This document shows, piece after piece, positions 49,641 through 60,912 of a stretch of 64,000 nucleotides of DNA (within the stretch, counting starts at the first letter, position 1; the number at the start of each line of letters is the position of its first letter). Source of the DNA: Mycoavidus cysteinexigens. Its GTDB lineage: Bacteria; Pseudomonadota; Gammaproteobacteria; Burkholderiales; Burkholderiaceae. The position numbers and the translations under genes were made by a program. The stretch is taken from assembly GCA_031963465.1 (NCBI GenBank), contig JASSUG010000003.1, positions 117,982 to 181,981 of the forward strand, in the 5' to 3' direction. Under the pieces are notes generated by a model. The model was not told the origin of the DNA. It worked only from the letters and a program-made list of their open reading frames with translations, and did not search any database.

Positions 49641-51914
49641 ATGAAATTTCGTTTTCCCATCGTTATTATCGATGAAGATTTTCGCTCCGAAAATATTTCG
49701 GGCTCTGGTATTCGTGCGTTGGCTGAAGCGATTGAAGGCGCAGGCATGGAGGTGCTTGGCTTAACCAGTTACGGGGACCTGACATCCTTTGCGCAACAGT
49801 CAAGCCGCGCCTCGTGTTTCATTCTGTCAATTGATGACGATGAAATCAGCGCCAGCGGCGTTGATGAAAATGGCGAAATCATGGACGCCTTGATTGCCTT
49901 GCGTGCTTTCATCGCCGAGGTGCGCCGGCGTAATGCTGATCTGCCGATTTTTTTGTATGGCGAGACGCGCACCTCGCGGCATATTCCAAACGATATTTTG
50001 CGTGAGCTGCACGGCTTTATTCATATGTTTGAAGATACGCCGGAGTTTGTGGCGCGCCATATTATACGGGAGGCGAAAAGCTATCTTAATGCGCTGGCGC
50101 CGCCGTTTTTTCGGGCGTTGACCCATTATGCTTCGGATAGTTCATATTCGTGGCATTGCCCAGGGCACTCGGGGGGCGTCGCGTTTTTAAAAAGTCCGAT
50201 TGGTCAGATGTTTCATCAGTTTTTTGGTGAAAACATGCTGCGTGCTGATGTCTGCAATGCCGTCGATGAATTGGGCCAATTACTTGATCATACGGGGCCA
50301 GTAGCTGCCTCTGAACATAATGCAGCGCGCATTTTTAATGCCGATCATGTGTTTTTTGTCACCAACGGCACATCGACTTCTAACAAGATTGTTTGGCACG
50401 CAACCGTGGCGCCTGATGATATTGTTTTGGTTGACCGAAATTGCCATAAATCGATTTTGCATGCGATTACAATGACTGGCGCGATCCCCGTGTTTTTAAC
50501 CCCCACACGCAATCACTATGGGATTATCGGCCCCATTCCACGGGATGAATTTAAGCCAGAAAACATTCGCCGCAAGATTGAAGCAAACCCGTTTGCGCGT
50601 GAGGTGCTCAAGCGAAATCCACTTGTGCGGCCACGGATCTTGACCATCACGCAAAGCACCTATGATGGGGTGGTGTACAACGTTGAAATGATTAAAGAGC
50701 TGCTTGGAGATCTGCTGGACACGTTGCATTTTGACGAAGCGTGGTTGCCACATGCAGAGTTTCACCCTTTTTACCGGGATATGCACGCGATTGGCGCCGG
50801 CCGTGCACGCACCGGTGCACTGGTCTTTGCGACGCATTCAACGCATAAATTACTGGCGGGTATTTCGCAAGCATCGCAGATTGTGGTGCAAGATTCCGAG
50901 CATTTTACGTTTGATCGGCATCGCTTTAACGAAGCGTATCTGATGCATACCTCAACCAGCCCGCAATACGCGATTATTGCCTCGTGCGATGTGGCGGCTG
51001 CCATGATGGAGCCGCCTGGCGGCACTGCGCTGGTCGAGGAGTCGATTGCCGAGGCGCTTGATTTTCGCCGTGCCATGCGCAAAGTGGGGGCTGACTATGA
51101 TGCTGATTGGTGGTTTGAGGTTTGGGGGCCAGGTGCTTTAGCTGAAGAAGGCATCGGGGACCGTGCCGATTGGATGCTGGCGCCGAATGACCGCTGGCAT
51201 GGCTTTGGCGAGCTTGCCGAGAATTTTAATATGTTGGACCCGATCAAGGCGACGATTATTACGCCAGGGCTTAATGTAGACGGAGAATTTGGCGAAACGG
51301 GTATCCCCGCTGCGATGGTCACGCGCTATCTTGCCGAGCATGGCATTATTGTTGAAAAAACTGGGCTCTATTCTTTTTTCATCATGTTTACCATTGGCAT
51401 TACGAAGGGCCGCTGGAATAGTATGGTGACCGAACTCCAGCAATTTAAGGATGACTACGACAGTAACCAGCCGCTATGGCGCATCTTGCCGGAGTTTGTG
51501 GCCAGCTATCCGGCCTATGAAAAAGTCGGCTTGCAGGATTTGTGTCAACAGATTCATACGGTCTATAAGTCAAACGATGTGGCCCGGATGACTACGGAGA
51601 TGTATCTGTCCAATATGGAACCCGCGATGAAGCCGGCTGATGCATTTGCCAAACTCGCGCACCGCGAAATCGATCGGGTCCCGATTAATGAACTCGAAGG
51701 TCGTGTCACGAGTGTACTATTAACGCCTTATCCGCCGGGCATTCCGTTGTTAATCCCAGGTGAGCGCTTTAATCGTGCGATTGTCCGTTATTTACAATTT
51801 GCGCGTGAATTTAACCAGCATTTTCCGGGTTTTTATACGGATATTCACGGTCTGGTGGCAGAGATCGTGAATGGGCGCACTGAATATTTTGTCGATTGCG
51901 TGCGCAGTGCATGA
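49641..51914 (+). CDS. large fold-type I Orn/Lys/Arg decarboxylase (wing + PLP + C-terminal domains)
   Basis: 757 aa. PLP-lysine motif HSTHKLLAG. Substrate cannot be assigned from sequence alone. Confidence 0.85.
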   Translation: MKFRFPIVIIDEDFRSENISGSGIRALAEAIEGAGMEVLGLTSYGDLTSFAQQSSRASCFILSIDDDEISASGVDENGEIMDALIALRAFIAEVRRRNADLPIFLYGETRTSRHIPNDILRELHGFIHMFEDTPEFVARHIIREAKSYLNALAPPFFRALTHYASDSSYSWHCPGHSGGVAFLKSPIGQMFHQFFGENMLRADVCNAVDELGQLLDHTGPVAASEHNAARIFNADHVFFVTNGTSTSNKIVWHATVAPDDIVLVDRNCHKSILHAITMTGAIPVFLTPTRNHYGIIGPIPRDEFKPENIRRKIEANPFAREVLKRNPLVRPRILTITQSTYDGVVYNVEMIKELLGDLLDTLHFDEAWLPHAEFHPFYRDMHAIGAGRARTGALVFATHSTHKLLAGISQASQIVVQDSEHFTFDRHRFNEAYLMHTSTSPQYAIIASCDVAAAMMEPPGGTALVEESIAEALDFRRAMRKVGADYDADWWFEVWGPGALAEEGIGDRADWMLAPNDRWHGFGELAENFNMLDPIKATIITPGLNVDGEFGETGIPAAMVTRYLAEHGIIVEKTGLYSFFIMFTIGITKGRWNSMVTELQQFKDDYDSNQPLWRILPEFVASYPAYEKVGLQDLCQQIHTVYKSNDVARMTTEMYLSNMEPAMKPADAFAKLAHREIDRVPINELEGRVTSVLLTPYPPGIPLLIPGERFNRAIVRYLQFAREFNQHFPGFYTDIHGLVAEIVNGRTEYFVDCVRSA

Positions 51915-51946
51915 CCTGTGTATCAAATAGCGTGTTGAATTAAGTT

Positions 51947-51987
51947 TAAGTAACGTCAGGTCACATTATCCGAACTGACGTTACTTA
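51947..51987. terminator. 13-bp perfect hairpin between convergent genes (candidate bidirectional terminator)
   Basis: taagtaacgtcag (51947-51959) and ctgacgttactta (51975-51987) with a 15-nt loop. Confidence 0.5.
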
Positions 51988-52088
51988 GGCGCTTTGCAAG
52001 CGGCAACCAGTACTAACGTTACTTAGACGCTTTGCAAGCGGCGACCAGCACTGACGTTACTTAAGTGCTTCACGCGCGGCATTCAGTG
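51975..52088. repeat. 38-nt tandem repeat, three diverged copies, the last being the real 3' end of argH
   Basis: ctgacgttacttaggcgctttgcaagcggcaaccagta / ctaacgttacttagacgctttgcaagcggcgaccagca / ctgacgttacttaagtgcttcacgcgcggcattcagtg. Confidence 0.85.
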
Positions 52089-53463
52089 CCAACTGGACTT
52101 GTTCCGGCGCCGTGCCACCTGGATGCCGGCGGCTTGCGACTGAGCCTTCGAGCGTTAAATAGCTAAACACCTCTGGCTCGATTAAGGATGCATTCTCCGG
52201 CAGGATAGCGCGTAACTCAGCCAGCGTGAGGTCGGTCAGATCGCAATCGCGTTCGACGCAAACACGCACTGCATGCGCCACGGCTTCATGCGCATCGCGA
52301 AACGGTACGCCGCGCCTGACCAAATAATCGGCTAAATCCGTGGCTGTCGCATACCCTTGTAATGCTGCTGCGCGCATGGCTGTGGGTTTGACCTCAATGC
52401 CGCTCACCATATCTGCAAAGATGCGCAAGGTATCGGTTATCGTGTCAACGGTATCGAATAGGGGCTCTTTATCTTCCTGATTGTCTTTGTTATAGGCCAG
52501 CGGCTGCCCTTTAACCAAGGTTAATAACGCTATCAGGTTGCCGTTGATGCGGCCAGTCTTGCCGCGAGCAAGCTCGGGAATATCGGGGTTCTTCTTTTGC
52601 GGCATGATCGATGAGCCGGTACAAAAACGGTCAGCTAAATCAATAAACCCCACGCGCGGGCTCATCCACAGCACCAACTCTTCAGAGAAACGCGAGAGAT
52701 GAGTCATAATCAGAGCGGCCGTGGCCGTGAATTCAATCGTAAAATCTCGATCGGAGACGGCATCGAGTGAATTGGCGCATAGCTTATCAAAGCCAAGTAA
52801 ATCGGCAACCCGCTGCCGGTCAATCGGATAACTGGTGCCGGCCAGAGCAGCAGCGCCTAAGGGCAGATGGTTGACGCGCTTGCGGCAATCTAGTAAACGT
52901 TCGCTGTCGCGCGCTAGCATTTCGACATAAGCCAGTAAATGGTGGCCAAAGGTGACGGGCTGAGCCACTTGCAAATGCGTAAAACCGGGCAAAATCGTTG
53001 CCACGTGATGTTGGGCAAGATCGATCAGAACACGCCGCAACTCAATTAGGAGCGTATGGATGTGATCGATTTCACCGCGTAACCAGAGCCGCATATCCGT
53101 CGCGATTTGATCATTGCGTGAGCGGCCGGTATGCAAGCGTTTACCCGCGTCACCAATCAGTGTAGTGAGGCGTGCTTCAATATTTAAATGGACATCTTCT
53201 AAAATAAGCTGCCAGTTGAATTCACCGCGTTCTATTTCATCTCGGATTTGCGCCATCCCACGCTTGATTTGGTTGAGGTCATTCAGGCTGATGATGGCGC
53301 ATTCCGCCAGCATCGTGGCGTGGGCGAGTGACGCTTCGATATCGACGAAAGCTAGCCGTTTATCAACAAAAACCGATGAAGTGTAGCGCTGGACGAGTTC
53401 GGATAACGGTTCGGAAAAACGAGCCGACCATGCTTCGCCTTTTTTATTAAGCTGAGAGGTCAT
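52057..53463 (-). CDS. argH: argininosuccinate lyase
   Basis: 468 aa from the ATG at 53463 ([19 protein letters not shown]). Fumarate-lyase signature [12 protein letters not shown]. Confidence 0.93.
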   Translation of the reverse strand: MTSQLNKKGEAWSARFSEPLSELVQRYTSSVFVDKRLAFVDIEASLAHATMLAECAIISLNDLNQIKRGMAQIRDEIERGEFNWQLILEDVHLNIEARLTTLIGDAGKRLHTGRSRNDQIATDMRLWLRGEIDHIHTLLIELRRVLIDLAQHHVATILPGFTHLQVAQPVTFGHHLLAYVEMLARDSERLLDCRKRVNHLPLGAAALAGTSYPIDRQRVADLLGFDKLCANSLDAVSDRDFTIEFTATAALIMTHLSRFSEELVLWMSPRVGFIDLADRFCTGSSIMPQKKNPDIPELARGKTGRINGNLIALLTLVKGQPLAYNKDNQEDKEPLFDTVDTITDTLRIFADMVSGIEVKPTAMRAAALQGYATATDLADYLVRRGVPFRDAHEAVAHAVRVCVERDCDLTDLTLAELRAILPENASLIEPEVFSYLTLEGSVASRRHPGGTAPEQVQLALNAAREALK

Positions 53464-53715
53464 TGAGATCGCCAATAGAGGTGATAGGCTAACTGGCCTA
53501 TGCAGTTTAAAGATTTTCAGATTATAACAAGCGCCCGCGCGGCTTGAGAAAAAACTACTGGCTTGATTTCAAGGCGGCTCCCCAGCCGTTTGCTACCTCT
53601 ACATCAAGCTAGAACGAGCCTGTAGAATTTAATGAACTGAACAAAGTTAGGCGGCTCTTTTGCAAAAAGGCAGCGAGTGCGTGCTACCATTCATTTTTAA
53701 TTTACCTGTGTTTCA

Positions 53716-54699
53716 ATGCCTTCTAAGTCAACTCCGTCACAAGCACCTAGCACGCTAGTGATTGCTTCGCGACAAAGCCGTTTAGCCCTGTGGCAAGCTC
53801 AATATGTCAGCGATGCGTTGCAAAAATTATACCCAGCGACAAAGATTGAAATCCTGGGCATGACAACGCGCGGTGACCGGATTCTCGATCGCGCCCTCTC
53901 GAAGGTCGGTGGCAAGAGCCTCTTTGTTAAAGAGCTTGAATATGCACTGGCCGATGGCCGAGCTCACCTTGCGGTGCATTCGTTAAAGGATGTGCCGATG
54001 GTATTGCCAGAGGGGTTTAAGCTGGCGGCTATTTTGGAACGAGCGGATCCGCGCGATGCTTTTGTTTCTCCGTATTACGAGTCGCTGGCGGCATTGCCAG
54101 CGGGTAGCGTGGTTGGCACCTCGAGTTTGCGCCGCGAGGCGATGGTGCGCGCGCGCTATCCGCACCTTAAAGTGCACCCATTGCGTGGTAATTTGGATAC
54201 CCGCCTGAATAAATTGGATGCCGGCGAATATGCGGCGATTATCGTGGCCGCGGCGGGCTTAATCCGGCTTGATTTGAGTGAGCGTATTCGCCTGGTGCTG
54301 GAGCCGAGCGAAAGTTTGCCGGCTGCTGGACAAGGCGCACTGGGGATTGAAATTTGTGCCGAGCGCGCTGATCTCGAAGCCTGGCTTGCGCCGTTGCATC
54401 ATCGCCGCACTGCCTTCGCAGTTGAGGCCGAACGAGCTGTGTCTTGCTCGCTTGGCGGTAGTTGTGACGTGCCATTGGCGGCTTTTGCTCAATGGCAGGG
54501 AGAGCTGTTGCATTTAGAGGCAAAGGTGGCAACGCCTGACGGTGGGCGGGTTCTGTGCGCGCAAGGTGAAGCAACGCCAAGTACGCTGGCGCAGGCGGTA
54601 GCGCTTGGGCACAGTGTCGCCGCGGAACTGGGTAGGCAGGGCGCGCTCGAGATTGTGCAAGCGCTGAGTTCGCATGCCGCCCCTGTGCAGAGCGAATAA
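53716..54699 (+). CDS. hemC: hydroxymethylbilane synthase (porphobilinogen deaminase)
   Basis: 327 aa. [24 protein letters not shown] and cofactor-Cys context ([14 protein letters not shown]). Confidence 0.92.
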   Translation: MPSKSTPSQAPSTLVIASRQSRLALWQAQYVSDALQKLYPATKIEILGMTTRGDRILDRALSKVGGKSLFVKELEYALADGRAHLAVHSLKDVPMVLPEGFKLAAILERADPRDAFVSPYYESLAALPAGSVVGTSSLRREAMVRARYPHLKVHPLRGNLDTRLNKLDAGEYAAIIVAAAGLIRLDLSERIRLVLEPSESLPAAGQGALGIEICAERADLEAWLAPLHHRRTAFAVEAERAVSCSLGGSCDVPLAAFAQWQGELLHLEAKVATPDGGRVLCAQGEATPSTLAQAVALGHSVAAELGRQGALEIVQALSSHAAPVQSE

Positions 54700-54779
54700 A
54701 TGGGCGGTTTTTTAATGGCGCGTGGACGTAGCTTGCTTTATCGTTGTTTAATCCAATGATGTGCATGCCGTTGCAGGCG

Positions 54780-55586
54780 ATGACGCGTACCGCTGTGCTG
54801 ACTGGCTCACGAGGGCAATCGGTTAGCCTGCTCCAGGCATTGGCGGTAGCTGGCATGGAGACCTTTGAGTTTCCGCTGATCGAGATTTTCTCAACCAATG
54901 ACCAGACGCTGTTGGTTAAGGCATTTGCTGCGCTTCAGCACTATGCGCTGGTTATTTTTGTGTCGCCTGCTGCGATCGAGTTTGCCTCAGCTCATTTGCC
55001 GCTACAATGGCCAACGACGGTGCCCATCGGTGTGGTCGGGCCAGGCAGCGTCCGCGCGCTTAAGCAGTACGGCATTGCCGCACCATTACAGCGCGTGATT
55101 GCACCGCCTCAGCGCAGCGCAGACCAAGCGGTGCGATATGACTCTGAGGCGCTGGCAGCAGCCCTCGATCAAACGCTTGGCTTGGCCTCATTAAACCGGC
55201 GGAGCGTGCTGATTGTACGTGGCGACAGCGGCCGTGAGTGGTTGGCTGATACCTTACGCGCAGAGGGCGCTCAGATTGAGGTGGTCAGCGCCTACCGCCG
55301 CGCGCTGCCTGTGCCTACGCTAGCTCAATGGGCCCGCGTACGCGCGTTGCTGGCGGGTGAGCCACATGCGTGGCTGTTGACGAGTTCGCAAGGGGTGCGT
55401 AACTTGGAGCGCTTAGCTCAAGCCCATTTAAGTGAGGCTGAGCAAAGCGCGCTGAAGCGCTCTCCGATGGTTGTGCCGCACGCACGGATTGCCGAATGTG
55501 CGAATGCGGCCGGTTTTGTTACGATTACGCAATGTCACGCGGGCGATGAATCGATTGCGCGTGCTTTGCTTTTTTCCACAAGTTAG
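54780..55586 (+). CDS. hemD: uroporphyrinogen-III synthase
   Basis: Position after hemC and HemD-like two-lobe sequence (VIFVSPAA..., LLTSSQGVRNL). Start uncertain (54744-54780). Confidence 0.75.
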   Translation: MTRTAVLTGSRGQSVSLLQALAVAGMETFEFPLIEIFSTNDQTLLVKAFAALQHYALVIFVSPAAIEFASAHLPLQWPTTVPIGVVGPGSVRALKQYGIAAPLQRVIAPPQRSADQAVRYDSEALAAALDQTLGLASLNRRSVLIVRGDSGREWLADTLRAEGAQIEVVSAYRRALPVPTLAQWARVRALLAGEPHAWLLTSSQGVRNLERLAQAHLSEAEQSALKRSPMVVPHARIAECANAAGFVTITQCHAGDESIARALLFSTS

Positions 55587-55604
55587 CGCTATAGGCGTAT
55601 AAGC

Positions 55605-56711
55605 ATGACTGATCATAAAAATCTGACGCAAGAAGCTACATCGAACGTTCCAGCAAAACCAGCCAGTGGCGCGCAGCCATTTCTTTCTGCGCCTGCGGCA
55701 ACTAAGCCGCGGCGCGCGGCTGGGGTGCTTTGGCTTTGGTTGATCTGGTTATTGACCGTGGCCGGCGGGCTTGCTGGTGGCTACGTCTTGCACCAAAAAT
55801 TTAAAGCTGAAAATACCCAACTTATTGAGCGCCAACAGACCAATGAGCGCGCGTTGATTGAAGCAGGGATCAAGAGCCAGCAAGCACTTGATACGCTAGA
55901 CCAGATGCAAACGCAATGGGTGCAGTTGACGGGCAAGTTGGACGAAACTCAAACTCGCCAGCAGGCCTTGGAGAGGCTTTCGCAAAAACTGACGCAAAGC
56001 CGGGATGATTGGATATTAGCTGAGGTCGAGCAGACCTTAGCCTTTGCCAACGAGCAGTTGCAACTCACCGGCAATGCTCAACGGGTTTTGGTGACACTGC
56101 ACCATGCCGATATGCAATTGGCCGCCAGCACTTCACCGCGAGCCTTGGCGGTGCGTAAAGCGCTTGGGCGGGACCTGGAAGCGTTAAAAGCTACGCCGCA
56201 GATTGATCTGATGGGACTTGCGCTCAAACTGGATGCTGTCCTGGCGCTGGTTGATAGGTTGCCGCTGGCGGGTGAGGCGGCTGTGCCGTTAGTCGTGCCA
56301 ACAGCGCATAGCGAGAGGCCGACTGAGCGTCAGCCGCCCCTGTGGCAAATCGGCTGGCAGCGTTTTAAGGCCGGCGCGATGCAGCAGCTAGCGAGTTTCG
56401 TACAAGTGCGCCGGCTTGATCATGCTGACACTTTATTCGTTGCGCCGGATCAAGGTTATTTTTTACGTGAGAATTTAAAGCTAAGGCTGTTAGCGGCACG
56501 TTTATCGCTTTTTGCGCGTAACGCGGTCCAGTTAAAAGCGGATGTGCAGGGGGTGACAGCTGCTCTGATGCGTTATTTCGATGCGGCCTCAACTCATACG
56601 AGTAGTGCGCTTGAGTCAATCAAACAGATTGAGCAAGCTTCTGCCGACGTGGCGTTACCAAGTTTAGAGGCCAGCTTGCAAGCTGTGCGTCAACAAAAAA
56701 GCGGGAGCTAA
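55605..56711 (+). CDS. hemX: HemX-like membrane protein (often annotated as uroporphyrin-III C-methyltransferase)
   Basis: 368 aa with one TM segment and a coiled-coil region. Conserved position in the hemCDXY cluster. Confidence 0.7.
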   Translation: MTDHKNLTQEATSNVPAKPASGAQPFLSAPAATKPRRAAGVLWLWLIWLLTVAGGLAGGYVLHQKFKAENTQLIERQQTNERALIEAGIKSQQALDTLDQMQTQWVQLTGKLDETQTRQQALERLSQKLTQSRDDWILAEVEQTLAFANEQLQLTGNAQRVLVTLHHADMQLAASTSPRALAVRKALGRDLEALKATPQIDLMGLALKLDAVLALVDRLPLAGEAAVPLVVPTAHSERPTERQPPLWQIGWQRFKAGAMQQLASFVQVRRLDHADTLFVAPDQGYFLRENLKLRLLAARLSLFARNAVQLKADVQGVTAALMRYFDAASTHTSSALESIKQIEQASADVALPSLEASLQAVRQQKSGS

Positions 56712-56714
56712 GCG

Positions 56715-57950
56715 ATGGCAATCCGAGGGCTTTTATGGCTGGCTTTCTTATTTGCGGCAGCTGTTTTGATTGCGCTGCTGGGCAGTTGGGGCACGGGGCA
56801 AGTGCTGATTATCCAAGCGCCTTACCGCATCGATATGTCGATCCATTTATTCGGCGTGATGCTGGTGGCCGCATTTATTGCATTCTACCTACTGCTCCGT
56901 TTGCTGGCTCATTTACTCCAAATGCCCGCACGTTTAGCGGCGTATCGTATGCGTTTACGTGCGGCCAAGGCGCGTGATGCGCTGTCCTCTGCGCTGAGCT
57001 ACCTTTTTGCGGGCCGTTTTACGCGGGCGGAAAAAGCGGCTCGTAGCGCCTCTCTGAGTGTGGAAAATCAAGATGTTGCAGCGTTGATTGGCGCACGTGC
57101 TGCGCACCAACTGCATGAATATGCCCGCCGCGATGAATGGTTGGCGCAGGCGACTGCAAGTCAGTGGCAAGAAGCTAGGCTGTTGTCCAGCGCTAAAATG
57201 CGCATCGATGCGCATGATGCAGAAGGGGCTTTGGCGGTACTGAGTGAGATGCCAGCTCAAAGCGCGCGCCGTTTCTCTGCTCAGCACATTGCCCTACGTG
57301 CGCACCAACAGCTTAAGCATTGGCCGCAAGTGTTACAGGTGATCAAAACCCTCAATGCGCATGAAGCGTCGCACCCCTTAGCCAGTTCCTGGCAGCGCTT
57401 GCAGCAGGTGGCGGCAGAACATGTTTTGCATGAATGCCGTTATGAGGCGCAAGCGCTTCTTATGGGTTGGCATAGCCTGCCTCTCTCAGAACAACAGAGG
57501 CCACGCACAGCGGATTTGGCGGCGCAACTACTGATTGCTTTAGAGCGGCATAAAGAGGCTCGGCGCATTATTGAGAAAGTGCTTGCTGAGCACTGGGATG
57601 CGTGTTTGTTACGGCGTTATATTCAATGCGCGGGCCAGGATCCTTTGCCTTTAATTCAACGAGCAGAGGCATGGCAACTTGAGCACCCAGACGACCCTGA
57701 CTTGCTGTTTACGCTGGGGGAGTTGTGCCAGCAGCAAAAACTATGGGGCAAAGCGCAAGCTTTTCTGGAAGCAGCATTGCGCCATGCCAGCCGCAGCGAG
57801 GATAGCGTTATGTTGCGCGCAGAAGCGCATCGGGCGCTGGCTCGTTTGCACGAAGAACTGGGTCAGCGGGACCAGACGAACGAGCACTATCGAGCCAGCG
57901 CGCTTGCGTTTGAATTGAAAATGGGGGGGTACCGTTCTAATCTTCCTTAA
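56715..57950 (+). CDS. hemY: HemY-like TPR membrane protein
   Basis: 411 aa with two N-terminal TM segments followed by TPR-like repeats. Conserved position. Confidence 0.7.
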   Translation: MAIRGLLWLAFLFAAAVLIALLGSWGTGQVLIIQAPYRIDMSIHLFGVMLVAAFIAFYLLLRLLAHLLQMPARLAAYRMRLRAAKARDALSSALSYLFAGRFTRAEKAARSASLSVENQDVAALIGARAAHQLHEYARRDEWLAQATASQWQEARLLSSAKMRIDAHDAEGALAVLSEMPAQSARRFSAQHIALRAHQQLKHWPQVLQVIKTLNAHEASHPLASSWQRLQQVAAEHVLHECRYEAQALLMGWHSLPLSEQQRPRTADLAAQLLIALERHKEARRIIEKVLAEHWDACLLRRYIQCAGQDPLPLIQRAEAWQLEHPDDPDLLFTLGELCQQQKLWGKAQAFLEAALRHASRSEDSVMLRAEAHRALARLHEELGQRDQTNEHYRASALAFELKMGGYRSNLP

Positions 57951-58678
57951 TGCACTGCCTTCAAAACTGAACTCTCATTTTGTTGACTCGCGGCTTTGGC
58001 AGGAGAAACATATTCTTTCGGCGGAATTTTTCCGCTGAGCAGGTCATCGAAGAGCTGGCGTGAGCGGCCACGTAAATAAGGCGCGATGACTGACAAAATA
58101 TGCCGGCTTGCTTGATTGAGCTCTGCGCCAATTGCGGCTTGGTCATTATATTTACGCGGATTCATGACAAATTGGTAGGACAGCCAATAAGTCGCCAGCA
58201 CGCACATATTGGTTGACATGGTCTCGATCTCCGCCGGTGTGGCTGCCATCTCGCCGTCAGCGACCAGCAACTCGCATAAATCCCGCGCAAAGCGCACCTT
58301 ATGTTCCATAATTTGTTTGAAATGCGTCTCAAGTGTGCGATTGCGTGCCAGCAGGTCATTCAGGTCGCGGTACAGAAACCGGTAGCGCCAAAGAAAATTG
58401 GTCATATATTGTAGATAGGCCCACACTTCATCGATAGTTGTCCGATGATTTTCTGGAAAACACAGGCGTTTCTCGATTTCTTGTTCAAACTGCGTAAAGA
58501 TGCTATTGATAATGTCATCTTTATTGCGAAAATGATAATAAAGGTTGCCCGGGCTAATTTCCATTTCGTCAGCAATGGTGGTTGTCGTGACGTTGGGCTC
58601 CCCAATTTCATTAAAAAGTTTTAAAGAAAGTTCAAGAATACGCTCGCGCGTGCGGCGGGGTGGCTTTGCATCTATCAT
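57947..58678 (-). CDS. TetR/AcrR-family transcriptional regulator
   Basis: 243 aa. N-terminal HTH (FNEIGEPNVTTTTIADEMEISPGNLYYHFRNKDDI). Confidence 0.85.
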   Translation of the reverse strand: MIDAKPPRRTRERILELSLKLFNEIGEPNVTTTTIADEMEISPGNLYYHFRNKDDIINSIFTQFEQEIEKRLCFPENHRTTIDEVWAYLQYMTNFLWRYRFLYRDLNDLLARNRTLETHFKQIMEHKVRFARDLCELLVADGEMAATPAEIETMSTNMCVLATYWLSYQFVMNPRKYNDQAAIGAELNQASRHILSVIAPYLRGRSRQLFDDLLSGKIPPKEYVSPAKAASQQNESSVLKAVH

Positions 58679-59116
58679 TTTATATCCCTATTTTAAATTT
58701 AGATAAGTCTAAGAAGAGCGGCTTGGATCTATTACGGGATACTATAAGCCATTATAGCCAGCTTAAGCACAGTTAGGCGGGGCCTTGTGTCGTGCTTGTA
58801 CAACGAGCCTCAATGTATTTTGAGAGCGTAATGAGAAGCATTATTATATGCGCTCATCTGCTTTACCCAGCAAGGCGTAAATTTCTGCTTGACCGACGCA
58901 TAGTAGCAAGCTATCGTCCTGGGTTCTAAGTAAAAAGTGCTCTTTTTGTAAGAAATTGTACGTTGTGGATCTCAACGGGCTGTTGAAAGCTAGCCATTGA
59001 CGCCACCGCACTATTCCTTGAGACATGAGAGGGCCTCAGTTGCGATGGCTAGCCATAAGCTGGCGCTGAGCAAAGTACCTGATCGAATTTTTACCAAAAA
59101 TTGGAAATGGTGAGAA

Positions 59117-60904
59117 ATGAGTGTAATCAATCAACGTAACAAGCAATCTTCTGCCGCCAATTCTCCAGTGCCTGAGTCAAATGCGCCTACTCTAGGTGAC
59201 TCGATTGGTGCGACTGTGCTGATCCGTTCGCTTGAGAAAGAGCAGGTTGAATATATTTGGGGCTATCCCGGCGGCTCGGTTCTCTATATTTACGATGAGC
59301 TATATAAACAAGATAAGATTGCGCATATTCTAGTGCGCCATGAACAGGCCGCGGTCCATGCCGCCGATGCCTATGCGCGAGCAACCGGTAAGGTTGGCGT
59401 CTGTCTGGTCACTTCAGGGCCTGGTGTGACCAATGCCGTGACCGGCATCGCCACGGCTTATATGGATTCAGTGCCGTTGGTGATTATCAGTGGGCAAGTG
59501 CCGACCACGGCGATTGGACAGGACGCATTTCAAGGATGCGATACAGTGGGCATTACACGTCCATGCGTGAAACACAATTTTTTGGTTAAAGACGTGCATG
59601 AGTTGGCAACGACGATATGCAAAGCCTTTCATATTGCACGAAGCGGACGGCCTGGCCCGGTTTTAATTGATATCCCAAAAGATATCTCAAAAATGCCGTG
59701 TCGTTTTGAGTATCCGCAAAACCTTACGCTGCGCTCGTATAACCCCATTACCAAGGGCCATGCTGGCCAAATCCGCAAAGCGTTGAAGCTTTTGCTGTCT
59801 GCGCAACGGCCCTATATTTACACCGGCGGTGGCATTATTCTCGCCAATGCGTCGGCTGAGCTTAACCAATTTGCTGATTTACTCGGTTATCCGGTCACCA
59901 ATACCTTGATGGGGCTAGGCGGCTTTCGTGCTTCTGATCGAAAATTTCTCGGTATGCTTGGCATGCATGGCACCTATGAAGCCAATATGGCGATGCAGCA
60001 TTGTGATGTACTGATTGCCATTGGGGCGCGCTTTGATGATCGAGTGATTGGCGATCCAGCGCATTTTATGTCAGTCCCCCGCCAGATTATCCATATTGAT
60101 ATCGATCCTTCATCGATTGCCAAGCGCGTCAAGGTGGATATTCCGATTGTCGGCGATGTCAAAGAAATTTTGCACGATATGCTCGAGCAATTGCAGGCCG
60201 GGCGCTTACCGGTGAAACGCGAAGCCCTGGCTGCTTGGTGGGCGCAAATTGAGCAATGGCGCAGTATTGATTGCTTAAAATATGATCGGACAAGCGCGAT
60301 CGTTAAGCCGCAATTTGTGATTGAAACACTGTATCAACTGACCCAGGGTAATGCTTTTGTCTGCTCAGATGTAGGCCAGCATCAGATGTGGGCAGCGCAA
60401 TATTATCGCTTTGATAAGCCACGCCGCTGGATCAACTCTGGCGGTCTTGGTACGATGGGGTTTGGCCTGCCGGCAGCGATGGGCGTGAAGATGGCGTATC
60501 CTGACGATGATGTGGTTTGCATCACCGGCGAAGGTTCGATCCAAATGTGCATTCAGGAGCTATCTACCTGCTTACAGCATAATACGCCGGTGAAAATTGT
60601 TTCGCTGAATAACCGCTACTTGGGCATGGTGCGTCAGTGGCAACAAGTTGAGTATAGTAAGCGTTATGCGCACTCTTATATGGAAGCCCTACCTGACTTT
60701 ATTAAGCTGGCGCAAGCGTATGGTCATGTTGGCATACGGATTGAGAAAACCGTCGATGTTGAGCCTGCGTTGAAAGAGGCATTGCGGCTAAAAGATCGTA
60801 CGGTCTTTTTAGATTTTCAGACAGATCCAACCGAGAATGTTTGGCCGATGGTGCCAGCAGGCAAGGGCATTACTGAAATGTTGCTTGGCTCAGAAGACCT
60901 TTAA
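59117..60904 (+). CDS. ilvI: acetolactate synthase (biosynthetic) large subunit
   Basis: 595 aa. ThDP motif GLGTMGFGLPAA...GEGS...NN. Confidence 0.92.
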   Translation: MSVINQRNKQSSAANSPVPESNAPTLGDSIGATVLIRSLEKEQVEYIWGYPGGSVLYIYDELYKQDKIAHILVRHEQAAVHAADAYARATGKVGVCLVTSGPGVTNAVTGIATAYMDSVPLVIISGQVPTTAIGQDAFQGCDTVGITRPCVKHNFLVKDVHELATTICKAFHIARSGRPGPVLIDIPKDISKMPCRFEYPQNLTLRSYNPITKGHAGQIRKALKLLLSAQRPYIYTGGGIILANASAELNQFADLLGYPVTNTLMGLGGFRASDRKFLGMLGMHGTYEANMAMQHCDVLIAIGARFDDRVIGDPAHFMSVPRQIIHIDIDPSSIAKRVKVDIPIVGDVKEILHDMLEQLQAGRLPVKREALAAWWAQIEQWRSIDCLKYDRTSAIVKPQFVIETLYQLTQGNAFVCSDVGQHQMWAAQYYRFDKPRRWINSGGLGTMGFGLPAAMGVKMAYPDDDVVCITGEGSIQMCIQELSTCLQHNTPVKIVSLNNRYLGMVRQWQQVEYSKRYAHSYMEALPDFIKLAQAYGHVGIRIEKTVDVEPALKEALRLKDRTVFLDFQTDPTENVWPMVPAGKGITEMLLGSEDL

Positions 60905-60912
60905 TTTTTGTT

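Noticed and set aside
58831-58929. Small ORF MRSIIICAHLLYPARRKFLLDRRIVASYRPGF upstream of ilvI, considered as a branched-chain amino-acid attenuator leader peptide.
   Set aside because: It has no convincing RBS, only a short Ile run, and no obvious terminator/antiterminator pair following it. It also lies about 190 nt from ilvI with other ORF noise on the opposite strand.
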